Source of the DNA: an uncultured Gammaproteobacteria bacterium
GTDB taxonomy: Bacteria; Pseudomonadota; Gammaproteobacteria; Pseudomonadales; Azotimanducaceae
Direction of reading: 5' to 3'
Assembly: GCA_913051785.1 (NCBI GenBank)
Contig: CAJXCK010000001.1
Coordinates: 3,709-67,708 of the forward strand
DNA: 64,000 nucleotides
Shown: positions 9,300 to 20,158 of the stretch, in pieces
How the letters are laid out: each line of letters starts with the position of its first letter
Numbering within the stretch: position 1 is the first letter of the stretch
Translations under genes and position numbers: made by a program
The notes under the pieces: model-generated
The model's input: only the letters and a program-made list of their open reading frames with translations
Databases searched by the model: none
What the model was told of the DNA's origin: nothing

Positions 9300-11303
9300 T
9301 TAGCTAACGATCATTCCTGGTGTCGCTCCAGAATCAGGCGACAGCAGAAAGATATTCTCTCCCCCAGGACCAGCAGCAAGGACCATGCCCTCGGAGACGC
9401 CAAACTTCATTTTCCTTGGTGCCAAGTTGTAGACCAATACGGTGAGTCTACCCTCAAGCTCTTCAGGCTTGTAGGCTTCTTTGATTCCGGAGAAAACCGT
9501 GCGTTTCTCGTTGCCTACATCGAGAGTCAATCGGAGTAATTTATCTGCCCCATCTACCGTTTCTGCGCTCTCGATCTTTGCTACTCTGAGATCGATTTTC
9601 GCGAAATCCTCAATTCCAATGGGCGCGGTAGTTGAAGGGTTTTCCTCTAGCATGCTCTTTCCATCCTGGTCAGGTTCCGTAACAAGTTGCATGACCGTCT
9701 TAATCTCGATGCGATCAAGTAGTTTTTTGAAAGGTTTTATCGATTTGCCGAACAACGGTTTGTCCAAATCTGCCCAAAGAAGAGGGTCGGTATCGAGAAA
9801 TTCTTCCGCTTTTGCTGCACTGTTCGGAAGTATTGGCTTTAAAAATATCTGCAAAATCCTAAACATTTCTATCGCTTGCGAGCAAACAAGATGAAGTTGG
9901 TTGGATTTATCAGGGTTCTTGGCAAGCTTCCACGGTTCATGTTTTGCTATATATTGATTTGCTAGATCCGCTAATCCCGTTATTTCTCGAACCGCTTTAT
10001 TGAACTCTCTATTTTCGTATAAATTCGAGATTTCTTTTCCTGTTTCTTTAAATTGAGCTAATAGCGTTGGGTCATGGACATCATCCGCTAGTCCTCCGTT
10101 GAAGTTCTTTGTTATGAAAGAGGCGGTGCGGCTGGCAATGTTAACTATTTTGCCAATCAGGTCAGAATTGATTCTTTGCACGAAGTCTTCTAGGTTTAGG
10201 TCTATATCGTCTACTGAACCATTCAACTTTGTCGCGTAGTAATACCTCAAATACTCTGGGTTCAGTACTTTGAGGTAGTCTTTCGCCAGAATGAAGGTTC
10301 CTCTCGACTTCGACATTTTTGTGCCGTTCACCGTAACAAAGCCATGGGCGTGTACCTTTGTTGGTGTCCGAAAACCGGTAGCGTCCAGCATTGCGGGCCA
10401 AAAAAGCGCATGAAAATTTACGATGTCTTTCCCGATAAAATGATGGACCTCTGCATTCGTATCCCGACCCCAGAAGTCGTCGAACTTGATATCGTCCCTC
10501 TGGCGACAAAGATTTTCGAAACTTGCTAGATAGCCGATTGGGGCATCCATCCATACATAAAAGTACTTATTTTCTGTACCGGGTATCTGAAAACCGAAGT
10601 AGGGGGCGTCTCGTGATATATCCCAAGCCTTGAGACCGCTGCCCAACCATTCTTTCAGCTTGTTAGAAATTTGCGGTTGCAGTGTTCCGGAACCTGTCCA
10701 CTGCTCTAGGAAGGATTGATATTTCGGCAGGTCGAAAAACAAATGCTCGGATTCTTTCAAAATAGGTTTGGTCTCGGATATGGCGGAGCGAGGATTTATC
10801 AAGTCGGTAGCATCATAGGTTGCTCCGCAGACCTCGCAATTATCTCCATATTGACCGGGAGATTTGCACTTTGGGCAATCGCCAACGACAAATCGGTCGG
10901 CAAGGAACAGTTGTTTGTCAATATCGAAAAGTTGCTTGATCTTCTTTTTGAAGATCAGTCCCCTTTCATCTAGACGGCTAAATATCAATTCTGAAAACTC
11001 ACGATTTTCATCTGAGTGTGTGGAGAAGTAGTTATCGAAAGAGATTAAGAATTTTTCCGAATCCTGAAGGTGCTCTTGTCGTACCTTCTCCACTAATTCC
11101 TCCGGTGTGGTGGACTCCGCTTCCGCCTTTAACATTGTGGCCGTACCATGTGTATCGTCGGCGCAGACATAGATTACTTTGTTACCTATGGATTTTTGAT
11201 ATCTGACCCATATGTCTGTTTGTATTTGTTCCAACATGTGACCAAGGTGGATTGGTCCATTAGCATTTGGTAGAGCGCTGGTTACGAGTATTCGTCTTTG
11301 CAT
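9300..11303 (-). CDS. metG: Methionine--tRNA ligase
   Basis: Class-I HIGH motif (NGPIHLGHM), KMSKS, a Zn knuckle (CPKC...CEVCG) and a C-terminal tRNA-binding domain. It is divergent from apbC, as in enterics. Confidence 0.96.
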   Translation of the reverse strand: MQRRILVTSALPNANGPIHLGHMLEQIQTDIWVRYQKSIGNKVIYVCADDTHGTATMLKAEAESTTPEELVEKVRQEHLQDSEKFLISFDNYFSTHSDENREFSELIFSRLDERGLIFKKKIKQLFDIDKQLFLADRFVVGDCPKCKSPGQYGDNCEVCGATYDATDLINPRSAISETKPILKESEHLFFDLPKYQSFLEQWTGSGTLQPQISNKLKEWLGSGLKAWDISRDAPYFGFQIPGTENKYFYVWMDAPIGYLASFENLCRQRDDIKFDDFWGRDTNAEVHHFIGKDIVNFHALFWPAMLDATGFRTPTKVHAHGFVTVNGTKMSKSRGTFILAKDYLKVLNPEYLRYYYATKLNGSVDDIDLNLEDFVQRINSDLIGKIVNIASRTASFITKNFNGGLADDVHDPTLLAQFKETGKEISNLYENREFNKAVREITGLADLANQYIAKHEPWKLAKNPDKSNQLHLVCSQAIEMFRILQIFLKPILPNSAAKAEEFLDTDPLLWADLDKPLFGKSIKPFKKLLDRIEIKTVMQLVTEPDQDGKSMLEENPSTTAPIGIEDFAKIDLRVAKIESAETVDGADKLLRLTLDVGNEKRTVFSGIKEAYKPEELEGRLTVLVYNLAPRKMKFGVSEGMVLAAGPGGENIFLLSPDSGATPGMIVS

Positions 11304-11404
11304 TAAGCTATGTAAATCAAATAATGGGAGGCGCTAGTATAAGCAGCTTTTTGTTAACTTTGTTGCTTACAAACGATATGTGAGGGAGTCTAGTTTTCGC
11401 GAAC

Positions 11405-12433
11405 ATGGGGATTTGCAAGGTTATGATAATCGAAAATTTTATTGATCCGTACTTGAGAAAAGAATTCGGTGCTTTGGGCGCAAAAATCTTATCCTCGGGG
11501 AATCAAGTGATGCTTTCCCTGGGATATCCAGCACGCGGTCTTCGCGATAGTCTCCAGGCCGATATCCAGGAATTCCTAAATGCCTCAGAGTTATCGCTAG
11601 ATCTTCGATTTGACTCTTCTTCACTGAAAAAGTCGGGGCCACTAGGCAGCGTAATATTAGTCGCCAGCGGTAAGGGGGGCGTGGGCAAGTCCACAATTGC
11701 CGCAAATATTGCTCTCGCGCTGAAAGAAGAAGGAGCAGTTGTCGGTTTGCTGGACGCGGATATTTATGGTCCGAGTCAGGGAATATTATTGGGCAGAAGT
11801 GGGAGTCCAAAACCTTTAGTCGGGCGTGATAAAGGAATTGAGCCTGTTTTATTTGAGGGTTTGAGGGTCATGTCGATGAGCTATCTGTCGAATGCTGCTA
11901 CACCAATGGTCTGGAGGGGACCGATGGCAAGTTCAGCTGTTCAACAAATTCTTACTCAAACCTCTTGGGGAAGACTAGACTACTTGATTGTTGATATGCC
12001 CCCTGGAACAGGGGATATCCAGTTGACAATATCACAACAAGTGCAATCGGCAGGTGCGGTGATTGTAACGACACCGCAAGACATCGCTCTTCTCGATGCC
12101 AAAAAAGCTATAGAAATGTTTCGCAAGGTGAGCGTCCCAATTTTGGGCATAGTTGAAAACATGAGCGAACATGTTTGTGAGAAGTGTGGCCACAAAAGCT
12201 ATCCTTTTAGTTCGGGAGGCGCCTCACGATTGCAAGAAGAGATGTCGGTCCCGGTTTTGGGTGCCCTTCCTCTGGACTTGTCTATTCGAGAGAGTGTTGA
12301 TAACGGGATTCCCTCTCTGGTTGCAGATGCAGAATCTGATATATCCAAGAGATACAGAGAAATTGCTCGGTACTCGGCCGCTCGGGTATGGGAAGAAAAG
12401 GTAGATAGTCCATTGATAACTATCGACGATTAG
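11405..12433 (+). CDS. apbC: Fe-S cluster carrier ATPase ApbC/Mrp
   Basis: Deviant Walker [11 protein letters not shown] and CEKCGH (CXXC). It shows conserved divergent synteny with metG. The start could instead be Met7 (11423). Confidence 0.9.
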   Translation: MGICKVMIIENFIDPYLRKEFGALGAKILSSGNQVMLSLGYPARGLRDSLQADIQEFLNASELSLDLRFDSSSLKKSGPLGSVILVASGKGGVGKSTIAANIALALKEEGAVVGLLDADIYGPSQGILLGRSGSPKPLVGRDKGIEPVLFEGLRVMSMSYLSNAATPMVWRGPMASSAVQQILTQTSWGRLDYLIVDMPPGTGDIQLTISQQVQSAGAVIVTTPQDIALLDAKKAIEMFRKVSVPILGIVENMSEHVCEKCGHKSYPFSSGGASRLQEEMSVPVLGALPLDLSIRESVDNGIPSLVADAESDISKRYREIARYSAARVWEEKVDSPLITIDD

Positions 12434-12474
12434 GCACTACTAGTGTTGTTAGCAGGAATATGGGACCAAGAGAT

Positions 12475-13038
12475 ATGACGATAAAATCAGACCGATGGAT
12501 CATCGAGCAGGCCGGCAAAGGGATGATTGAACCTTTTGAGAGTGGTCAGGTCAGAGAAAGGGATTATCAAAAAATAATATCCTATGGCACATCCAGTTAT
12601 GGTTACGACGTGCGTTGCTCGACTCAATTTAAGATTTTTACCAACATACATTCAGCGACGGTTGACCCGAAAGCTTTTGACGAAAGCAGCTTCATTAATA
12701 TTGAAAGTGATGTGTGCGTCATTCCCCCAAACTCTTTCGCGTTGGCTAGCACCATCGAATACTTCAAGATTCCGGAAGATGTTCTCACGATTTGTTTGGG
12801 TAAATCGACTTACGCTAGATGCGGAATAATCGTAAATGTAACTCCCTTGGAGCCTGAGTGGGAGGGACACGTAACCCTGGAGTTTTCAAATACCACGAGT
12901 CTCCCAGCAAAAATTTACGCTAATGAAGGAGTTGCTCAGATGTTATTTTTTCAATCCGATGAGCGATGTTTGGTGAGCTATAAAGATCGAGGAGGAAAGT
13001 ATCAAGGGCAAACTGGAGTAACCTTGCCGAAACCTTGA
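12475..13038 (+). CDS. dcd: dCTP deaminase
   Basis: SSYGYDVRC, ...[15 protein letters not shown]..., and a likely start at MTIKSDRWI (Met6 of the track ORF). Confidence 0.92.
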   Translation: MTIKSDRWIIEQAGKGMIEPFESGQVRERDYQKIISYGTSSYGYDVRCSTQFKIFTNIHSATVDPKAFDESSFINIESDVCVIPPNSFALASTIEYFKIPEDVLTICLGKSTYARCGIIVNVTPLEPEWEGHVTLEFSNTTSLPAKIYANEGVAQMLFFQSDERCLVSYKDRGGKYQGQTGVTLPKP

Positions 13039-14091
13039 TTATCGGATGAGTAGCTCAGATTTTTTAGGAGTACAATCGCTCCTGACAACCTCTCCGATTT
13101 TGAATGCGTCGCAATTCTCAGCGCCTAAGTTGTTGATTAGCGTTTCCGTGTTTGAAGGTTCTGAGAACAAAACCATTCCGACACCGCAGTTGAAAGTAGA
13201 GAGCATCTCCCTGTCAGAGATACCGCCCTCAAATTGAAGCCACTGAAAAATTTCTGGAAGGGACCAGGATGTTTTATTTATTTTGCTCGCTAAATTTGTA
13301 TCGGGAACACTTCGCGGTATGTTCTCAAAAAAACCTCCTCCGGTGATATGTGCAGCGCCTTTGATCAGATTATCGCTAAAGACTTTGAGCAGCGGCTTCA
13401 CGTAAATTTGGGTTGGTGCTAGAAGCTCCCGTATCCTCTCTGGGGATACCACCGTTTTATTTTGATCGAGGATTTTTCTGATGAGTGAGTAGCCATTGCT
13501 ATGGGGCCCACTGCTTGAAAGGCCAATTATATCGTCCCCCTCGCGGATCTGAGCGCCGTCTACAATCCGTGCTTTTTCGACTACACCCACACAAAAACCC
13601 GCGAGGTCAAAATCTTTATCGGAATAAAATCCCGGCATTTCCGCAGTCTCTCCACCTCCGAGTGAGCAGCCCGCAATTTCGCAAGCGCTTGCTATGCCTC
13701 CGATAACTTCCTCGGCAACATCCACATCCAGTTTTCCCGTTGCAAAATAATCTAAAAAAAGAAAGGGTTCTGCTCCGACCACAACCACATCATTAACAGA
13801 CATAGCCACCAAATCTTGTCCGACACTTGAGTAATCTCCGGCATTTATGGCTAATCTGAGTTTCGTACCAACACCATCCGCACCAGAGACGAGAACCGGA
13901 CTTTTGTATCCAGATGGAATCTCGCAGAGTGAGCCAAAACCACCAATACTATTTAGGAGTTCTCTCCTAGCAGTGCTTGTAACAAAGGGCTTAATCCTTT
14001 GCACGAGTTCAGCCCCGGCATTCACATCTACACCAGCGTCTTTGTAAGTCAGATCCTTTGGATTATTTGTTTTTTGCGTTTCTTCAGACAC
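13039..14091 (-). CDS. purM: Phosphoribosylformylglycinamidine cyclo-ligase (AIR synthetase)
   Basis: YKDAGVDV...GGFG...DGVGTK...HITGGG motifs, 350 aa. Its stop abuts the dcd stop with no intergenic bases. Confidence 0.95.
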   Translation of the reverse strand: MSEETQKTNNPKDLTYKDAGVDVNAGAELVQRIKPFVTSTARRELLNSIGGFGSLCEIPSGYKSPVLVSGADGVGTKLRLAINAGDYSSVGQDLVAMSVNDVVVVGAEPFLFLDYFATGKLDVDVAEEVIGGIASACEIAGCSLGGGETAEMPGFYSDKDFDLAGFCVGVVEKARIVDGAQIREGDDIIGLSSSGPHSNGYSLIRKILDQNKTVVSPERIRELLAPTQIYVKPLLKVFSDNLIKGAAHITGGGFFENIPRSVPDTNLASKINKTSWSLPEIFQWLQFEGGISDREMLSTFNCGVGMVLFSEPSNTETLINNLGAENCDAFKIGEVVRSDCTPKKSELLIR

Positions 14092-14201
14092 AGCTATGGT
14101 CCCGTTGATCAGATGATTTTGCGCGAAGGGCTACATAGTATCGACTTTAACGCAAAACCGTATAGGGTTTCCCACGAAAGAGAAGCCATTTTTTCTAACG
14201 A

Positions 14202-15341
14202 GTGGGATATTCTGTACAGATGTTGGGAGTCAATTTGTATGATGTTTTGGAGAGAGTCCTGAGAAGATTGTTGGTACCAATGTTCATGATTTTCATTGGC
14301 CAACTTGATGCTCGGGAGGAGAAATTGTTTGCGGTCGACGTAAAAGTTGAGGATCAGACAACCTCAGTTGAACAAGCGGCAACCCGAACCTCACTACTTG
14401 AGGTTATTTCTCGCCTTACCGGCCTTGAAAGCGTGCCGCGGACAGCTGAAATCAAAAAAGCGCTGGATCAAGCCGAGTCATTTGTGTCGGAATATATGTA
14501 CACCAAGGTTCCAAATTTTGAAAGCGAGATCTCTGTCGCATCAAAACCGCTCTCCGTCTTGCGAATAGTTTTTCAACCGGATCAAATTGAATCGTTATTG
14601 CGTGTAGCAAAACTTCCTCGATGGCCCTCTCCGAGAGACACTTGTATTGTTTGGGCGCTTCTTGAGAACGGTGGAACAAGGGAAAGTATTACCTATGGCG
14701 AGACTTTTAGGCTCGCGGAGCTTTTGGCCTCCACCAGTTTGGCGCGGGGTCTTCCATTGATTTTCCCCGCTATGGATCTTGAAGATCAATTGACGGTGAA
14801 CCAAAGTTTGATTTGGGGTCGATTTGGAAAGGAACTGTTGCAAGCGTCGGAGCGTTACAACGCCAATTGCTTGCTAATAGGAAGATTGGTGGCCCATGAA
14901 GGTGGCACGGTACCCTCGTTTTCGGGCGACTGGACAATCATGTTGCGAAATTCTCTCGCATATCAACGGGAAGCATTTTGGATCGAAGAAGAAGTGAAGA
15001 TTGCGAAGGAGACAATCGATTCGGCTATTGACCTCATGACCGAGTCCAGCGTTATTTACGCGGGGGAATCTTATGTCTATAGGGTTCGTGTAAGTTTTGT
15101 TGAAGATTTCGGAGATTACTTGGCCGTCAATGAATACCTATCAAAAAGTCCCTATGTCGAGGATTTCTCTATTGATGGTTACGAGGGAGGCTTTTTAAAT
15201 ATCTCTATAAAATCTATGGTTGGAGGGGAGAGGTTGTTGGAACTTTTCGAAAGAGAAGGAAAATTAGCCAACGACGACACGGCCTGGAGGACATCTTCTG
15301 ATCCAGAATATTTCACCTTTAGGTGGCGAAAAGATGTTTAG
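14202..15341 (+). CDS. DUF2066 domain protein (start uncertain)
   Basis: LFAVDVKVEDQTTSVEQAATRTSLLEVISRLTG resembles the DUF2066 N-terminal block. It is divergent from purM, as in Pseudomonas-type genomes. The identification is from memory of the family, not from a search. Confidence 0.6.
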   Translation: MGYSVQMLGVNLYDVLERVLRRLLVPMFMIFIGQLDAREEKLFAVDVKVEDQTTSVEQAATRTSLLEVISRLTGLESVPRTAEIKKALDQAESFVSEYMYTKVPNFESEISVASKPLSVLRIVFQPDQIESLLRVAKLPRWPSPRDTCIVWALLENGGTRESITYGETFRLAELLASTSLARGLPLIFPAMDLEDQLTVNQSLIWGRFGKELLQASERYNANCLLIGRLVAHEGGTVPSFSGDWTIMLRNSLAYQREAFWIEEEVKIAKETIDSAIDLMTESSVIYAGESYVYRVRVSFVEDFGDYLAVNEYLSKSPYVEDFSIDGYEGGFLNISIKSMVGGERLLELFEREGKLANDDTAWRTSSDPEYFTFRWRKDV

Positions 15342-15945
15342 GTATTTGCCGAACCTACTGAGTTTTTTAAGGCTTTTATTGGTTCTCCCAATCTCTGTTT
15401 CGCTCCTGTCTAACGATGTATTACTGGCTTTATCGCTTTTTTTAGTTGCTGGAGTAACAGATGCCTTAGATGGTCGATTGGCTAGAAAGTTTCGTTGGGA
15501 GACACATCTTGGTTCCGTTATTGATCCACTAGCGGACAAAGTCTTGGTGGCCGGAATCGTCCTCGTCTTTACTTACCAAGGTTATATACCCGTTTGGTTA
15601 GCTGTAATAGCTCTTGGAAGAGACGGGCTGATATTGATTGGTGCTGCGTTTTATCGTTTTTTCCTAGGAGCATTTGAGGTGCAACCTTCTTTGGTAAGTA
15701 AAGCGAATACAGCCGTACAGATTATAACTCTAGTTTTGTTATTACTTTTCGTTGTGATAGATAGCCAAACGCTAGAATTCTTAAATTTGGGAAATCACCA
15801 TAAATTTACTGAAGCCTTGGCGTCGCTCCTAGATCCTTATGTTTTTGGACTATCAGCATCCCTTAGTATCGTTTCGGGAATTCATTATTCGTATATTTGG
15901 CTGCCCAGATTGTTAGCTAGGACCCATGCTGAAAGCTCCAAATAG
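15334..15945 (+). CDS. CDP-alcohol phosphatidyltransferase family protein (PgsA/Cls-like)
   Basis: DALDGRLARKFRWETHLGSVIDPLADK matches the DG(x)2AR(x)8G(x)3D(x)3D signature. It is a multi-TM protein and overlaps the upstream ORF by 8 nt. Confidence 0.85.
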   Translation: MFRYLPNLLSFLRLLLVLPISVSLLSNDVLLALSLFLVAGVTDALDGRLARKFRWETHLGSVIDPLADKVLVAGIVLVFTYQGYIPVWLAVIALGRDGLILIGAAFYRFFLGAFEVQPSLVSKANTAVQIITLVLLLLFVVIDSQTLEFLNLGNHHKFTEALASLLDPYVFGLSASLSIVSGIHYSYIWLPRLLARTHAESSK

Positions 15946-16103
15946 CCAAGATCTCGGCGAGTCTAATTGATACCTCAGTCATTTTTCCACACCTCTCTAT
16001 CTTCAGAGGTTGTTTGCTCATTGCCGATGTGTGTCGGTCAGTGATTTTTAAACTGAGTCTTTATCAGAAAAGGCTTACGAGTGTTATGGTGAGCGGATAG
16101 CCT

Positions 16104-17174
16104 ATGATGAAAAATAAGAAAAAGATTTGTATGGTCGGCGGCGGAAGCGCGGGCCACGTGTTTCCGGCCTTAGCAATTTCAAGTCGATTAATAGAGAAAG
16201 GTTGGGAAATCGAATTCATAGGTAGCCGGTCCGGTTTGGAACGAAGACTTTTGGCCAGCAGTCCATTGATCGTCAGAGAGATATTCTCTGGGAAATTGCG
16301 CCGATATTGGTCTTTCAGAAATTTCAGTGATGTATTCCTTGTGATTTTTGGTTTTCTGCAGAGTCTTCTTTTGTTGTGGAGATTTCGGCCAGATGTGTTG
16401 TTTTCTAAAGGTGGATTCGTAAGTGTGCCGGTGGTCTACGCTGCCGCGTTACTGAGAATTCCTACGATTGCTCACGAGTCAGACTACTCGCCGGGTCTGG
16501 CAAATCGTTTGGCGGCACCATTCTTAAGGGCATTTTGCGTCACATTTTCTGACACGCGCTTGGCTTGGTTTCGAAGTCGCCTAGTTCATACGGGCAATCC
16601 AGTTAGAGCAGAATTTTTATCAGCTGACCCAAAACGAGGAAAAACTTTTATTGGTAAGGATGTAGGAAATATTTTGCTCGTCTTGGGAGGAAGCCAAGGA
16701 GCGGAGACGATAAACAAAATTGTCAGAGAGTCTTTAGTCGAGCTGAGTCGTCATTTTTTTGTGGTGCATATTTGCGGCCCTGGAAAAAAAGTCGAGTCGA
16801 ATCATGAGAACTATGTCCAGTTTGAATTCGTAGAAAAAGAAATAGCAGACTTACTAGCGGCTGCGGATTTAGTTGTCTCTAGAGCTGGATCAAACAGCCT
16901 TTTTGAGATCATCGCTATGAAAAAGCCGAATATCCTCATACCACTAGGGTTGTCGAGTTCTAGAGGCGATCAGATATTGAATGCACGATACGCCAAAGAA
17001 AGAGGCTGGAGTTCAGTGATTACTGAAGAAACGCTAACAACGCAGACATTTGTTCAGGAGTTGTTGTTGTTGCATGAAAACTCGAATGTATATTTAGAAA
17101 ATCTATCCGAATTCGAGCCCACAGAGGCTGTTGAGAGAATAATTATCGAGATTGAATGTTTACAAAAAAACTAA
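16104..17174 (+). CDS. GT28 glycosyltransferase, MurG-like
   Basis: N-terminal G-loop GGGSAGHVFPALA, HESDYSPGLANR, GGSQGA and a C-terminal RAGSNSLFE are MurG-type blocks. No other dcw/mur genes are nearby. Confidence 0.75.
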   Translation: MMKNKKKICMVGGGSAGHVFPALAISSRLIEKGWEIEFIGSRSGLERRLLASSPLIVREIFSGKLRRYWSFRNFSDVFLVIFGFLQSLLLLWRFRPDVLFSKGGFVSVPVVYAAALLRIPTIAHESDYSPGLANRLAAPFLRAFCVTFSDTRLAWFRSRLVHTGNPVRAEFLSADPKRGKTFIGKDVGNILLVLGGSQGAETINKIVRESLVELSRHFFVVHICGPGKKVESNHENYVQFEFVEKEIADLLAAADLVVSRAGSNSLFEIIAMKKPNILIPLGLSSSRGDQILNARYAKERGWSSVITEETLTTQTFVQELLLLHENSNVYLENLSEFEPTEAVERIIIEIECLQKN

Positions 17175-17214
17175 CCGATATTACGGTCGCATGAATTTCG
17201 AACAAGGTAAAAAA

Positions 17215-18396
17215 ATGTTTCGTGTAAAGACTCATAATTCAATAGCTGAAAAAGGTTTGGAGCAACTTCAAGAGGCGTCGATTGAAGTGGCAAGCGAGTC
17301 GGACAAAGCGGATGCTTTGCTGATCAGAAGTTACCCCGTATCACTTGATGACCTGCAACCGAGCTTGCAAGCCATAGCCAGGGCTGGTGCCGGAACAAAT
17401 AACGTGCCGGTGCAGGAATGTACAGAGAGGGGGATAGTGGTTTTTAACACTCCCGGAGCGAACGCGAATTCCGTAAAAGAACTAGTCTTGGCGGCTCTTT
17501 TATTGAGTTCGAGAGATATTTTAGGCGGAGTTAACTATGTTCGATCATTAGGTCCGTCAGCCAGTGTTGAAGAGGTAAATAAATTAGTAGAAGCGCAAAA
17601 AAAACAATTTAAAGGCCAAGAATTGATTGGCAAAACACTTGGCGTAGTAGGCTTGGGATCCATAGGCGCACTAGTTGCGAGGGCAGGCCTGGATTTGGGT
17701 ATGCAAGTTGTTGGCTACGATCCAGCAATTTCGGTGGAAGCAGCGTGGAGCATTCCATCTAAGGTAAAGAGAATGCAAGACGTAACCTCCCTTTTTGAAA
17801 CAGCCGATTTTATTTCTTTACATGTCCCGCTGGTTCCCGAAACGAGATCGATGATTAACGTGGAGAGCCTTAAGAAATTTAAGAAGGGTAGTGCCTTACT
17901 AAACTTTTCTCGAGAGCCGATAGTAGACTCGGGAGCGGTCGCAGAAGCACTAGGTCAAGGTGCTTTATCCCTTTTTGTCTCTGACTTCCCGGTGCCTGGT
18001 TTACTGCAACATGATCGAGCTATTTTCACCCCTCATTTAGGTGCGAGCACTATAGAAGCAGAAGAAAATTGCGCGATGATGGCTGCGGTGCAGCTTCGCG
18101 ACTTTTTACGACACGGAAGCATAGTCAACTCAGTGAATTTTCCCTCGGTAAGCTCCAGCACTTTGGAGGGATTCAGAATGACGGTCTCAAACCATAATGT
18201 TCCAGGTGCATTGGGCAGAATTACTTCGATCTTAGCTGAGCGAAATATTAATGTTTTGGATTTGACGAATAAAAGTCGTGGAGATTTAGCGTATAACTTG
18301 ATCGATGTTTCAGAGCCCGTCCAAAAAGAGTTGGTGGACGCGATCTCTGATATCGAAAGCGTGATAAAAGTTAGAGTATTACCTCCGTATAACTAG
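17215..18396 (+). CDS. serA: D-3-phosphoglycerate dehydrogenase with C-terminal ACT domain
   Basis: 2-hydroxyacid dehydrogenase NAD motif GVVGLGSIGALVA, HVPL..T, and a C-terminal ACT-like segment. The likely start is MFRVKTHNS (17215), downstream of the preceding gene's stop. Confidence 0.88.
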   Translation: MFRVKTHNSIAEKGLEQLQEASIEVASESDKADALLIRSYPVSLDDLQPSLQAIARAGAGTNNVPVQECTERGIVVFNTPGANANSVKELVLAALLLSSRDILGGVNYVRSLGPSASVEEVNKLVEAQKKQFKGQELIGKTLGVVGLGSIGALVARAGLDLGMQVVGYDPAISVEAAWSIPSKVKRMQDVTSLFETADFISLHVPLVPETRSMINVESLKKFKKGSALLNFSREPIVDSGAVAEALGQGALSLFVSDFPVPGLLQHDRAIFTPHLGASTIEAEENCAMMAAVQLRDFLRHGSIVNSVNFPSVSSSTLEGFRMTVSNHNVPGALGRITSILAERNINVLDLTNKSRGDLAYNLIDVSEPVQKELVDAISDIESVIKVRVLPPYN

Positions 18397-20158
18397 ATTC
18401 TCCAATTCGTTTAACCCCCCTTTTTTTCTGGCGGTTCCGAAACCTATCTGGTGCAACAGTCGCGAGCCCGCTCTTTGAGAGGGGTGGTAATAAGCCCAAG
18501 AATTGACTAACGACAAGCTCTGCCGCAAAGGGAGAGCTGATGGTTCCCATGGAACCGTGAGCGGTCGAGAAATATTGACCTTTGTTCAATTCGCCAATGA
18601 CAGGGTCCCTGTCGCTGGAAACGCAGCGGTGCGCACGAAAGTTGCCTCGTGAATGAACCGGTGAATTTCCAAGGAACTTTCGGTTTTTCTCGATATTGAA
18701 TTCTGAAGCTGCTGCAGGAGACCAGGGCCTTTGCTCATATGTCGAGCCAATCAACCATTCTGTACTGCTTTGAATGACATAGCCCGACCCATGAACTAAG
18801 GTGTCCTTCTTCAACGGAGAGCTGTCTGGAATTCCTATAAAGTCTAGTTGTCCAGCGATATCCCCTATTTCAAGCTCCTCTGTCGAGGTGAATCTTTTTG
18901 ACCCTGAAGCACAGGCGACGAAATTAACTTCATTTGGTGCTTCGCGGTTGATTACTTCTATCCCAGGGTGGTCGGCGAGAAGCCTACAAGATTCAGCAAT
19001 GTTGACTAGGTGGGTATCTGGAAAATACAGAGCCCCGAGGCAGTCTATGCCGAACTCCATCTTGGTTGTTTCATTGTCCAAGAAGTGGAGCAGATTTCTT
19101 GACGCCTTAGCATCATGATAGGCGGATGCCACGAGAAGAATCCGATTCAGTTCTTTTTCATTGAACGCTGGTTGAATAGCTTCTCGTGTTTCTGAGCACG
19201 AGATATTTTTTAAAAACTGTTGGGAAAAATACAAGGCGCGAGAGCGGAAGTCGGCACTCCCCGATCCATCGCCCAGAAGTCGAACATGCCCAATTGCCGT
19301 CTTCGCTCTGGATGCTTTTGTCGCTATTCCACTTGGATCAAATATTTTGACTCTAATGTTTTGTTCCGCGAGGAGTCTGGCGATTGAGCAGCCCGCGATT
19401 CCTGCACCTGCAATGGAGACTTCTTTGTTAGGTTGGTGGCCAACCTCTTTCTTTTTGTTATAGGCTCCAAAGAGAGAGTGCCGTTTATAGTTTAGGTGTT
19501 GGATTTTCTTTACAGAAAAGCCCGCGCCCTCAAGTTTTTTTCTTACAGAGCCGGCTGAAGTAAAGCTGGTCAATGTGGTTCCGTAGAACGAATTTTGGGA
19601 AATAAGATCAAAAACGCTTTCTGACCACATCTCAGGGTTTTTGCTTGGAGCAAAACCATCAAGGAACCAAGCATCGATCCGCGCATGTTGATATAAATTG
19701 ATGTCAACGAGTCCCTGGGCCACATCGCCGTGAAACAAGCTTAATCTGACTCTACCTCCATCAAAAATTCTTCGATGCCAACCTCCAAGTCGAGGGATAT
19801 TGCCCGCTCTCAATTCTCTAGCGTATTTCAAATTATGCCTTTGAGAGTCGAAGATTGACCAATCATCGTCGGATATCGGGTGCGACTCGATACCTATATA
19901 GTGCAGATAAAGGTATGGATCTTTAGTGATTTCTTGCGCGGCGAGTAAAAAGTTCAGACCGGAACCGAATCCCAGTTCGACTATCGTGAAATGGTTGCTA
20001 GTTCGAGTGTTCTTATTTAAACGAATTTGTTCCCAGTGCACGGAGTAGAATTCCTTCACTCCGTTTCCATCAAAATAGATATCCTCGTATAAGGGCGAAT
20101 AAGGGCGTTGGCCTATCCACTTGATCTCAGCGGCCTCCAACACTTTATCAGTAGACAT
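18371..20158 (-). CDS. mnmC: Bifunctional tRNA mnm5s2U34 methyltransferase / FAD-dependent cmnm5s2U oxidoreductase
   Basis: N-terminal MnmC methyltransferase domain (YSPLYEDIYF...ELGFGSGLNFL...DAWFLDGFAP) plus a C-terminal DAO domain (IAGAGIAGC). The start is set at Met48, which overlaps the sseA stop (TAATG). Confidence 0.88.
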   Translation of the reverse strand: MSTDKVLEAAEIKWIGQRPYSPLYEDIYFDGNGVKEFYSVHWEQIRLNKNTRTSNHFTIVELGFGSGLNFLLAAQEITKDPYLYLHYIGIESHPISDDDWSIFDSQRHNLKYARELRAGNIPRLGGWHRRIFDGGRVRLSLFHGDVAQGLVDINLYQHARIDAWFLDGFAPSKNPEMWSESVFDLISQNSFYGTTLTSFTSAGSVRKKLEGAGFSVKKIQHLNYKRHSLFGAYNKKKEVGHQPNKEVSIAGAGIAGCSIARLLAEQNIRVKIFDPSGIATKASRAKTAIGHVRLLGDGSGSADFRSRALYFSQQFLKNISCSETREAIQPAFNEKELNRILLVASAYHDAKASRNLLHFLDNETTKMEFGIDCLGALYFPDTHLVNIAESCRLLADHPGIEVINREAPNEVNFVACASGSKRFTSTEELEIGDIAGQLDFIGIPDSSPLKKDTLVHGSGYVIQSSTEWLIGSTYEQRPWSPAAASEFNIEKNRKFLGNSPVHSRGNFRAHRCVSSDRDPVIGELNKGQYFSTAHGSMGTISSPFAAELVVSQFLGLLPPLSKSGLATVAPDRFRNRQKKRGVKRIGESSYTEVIL

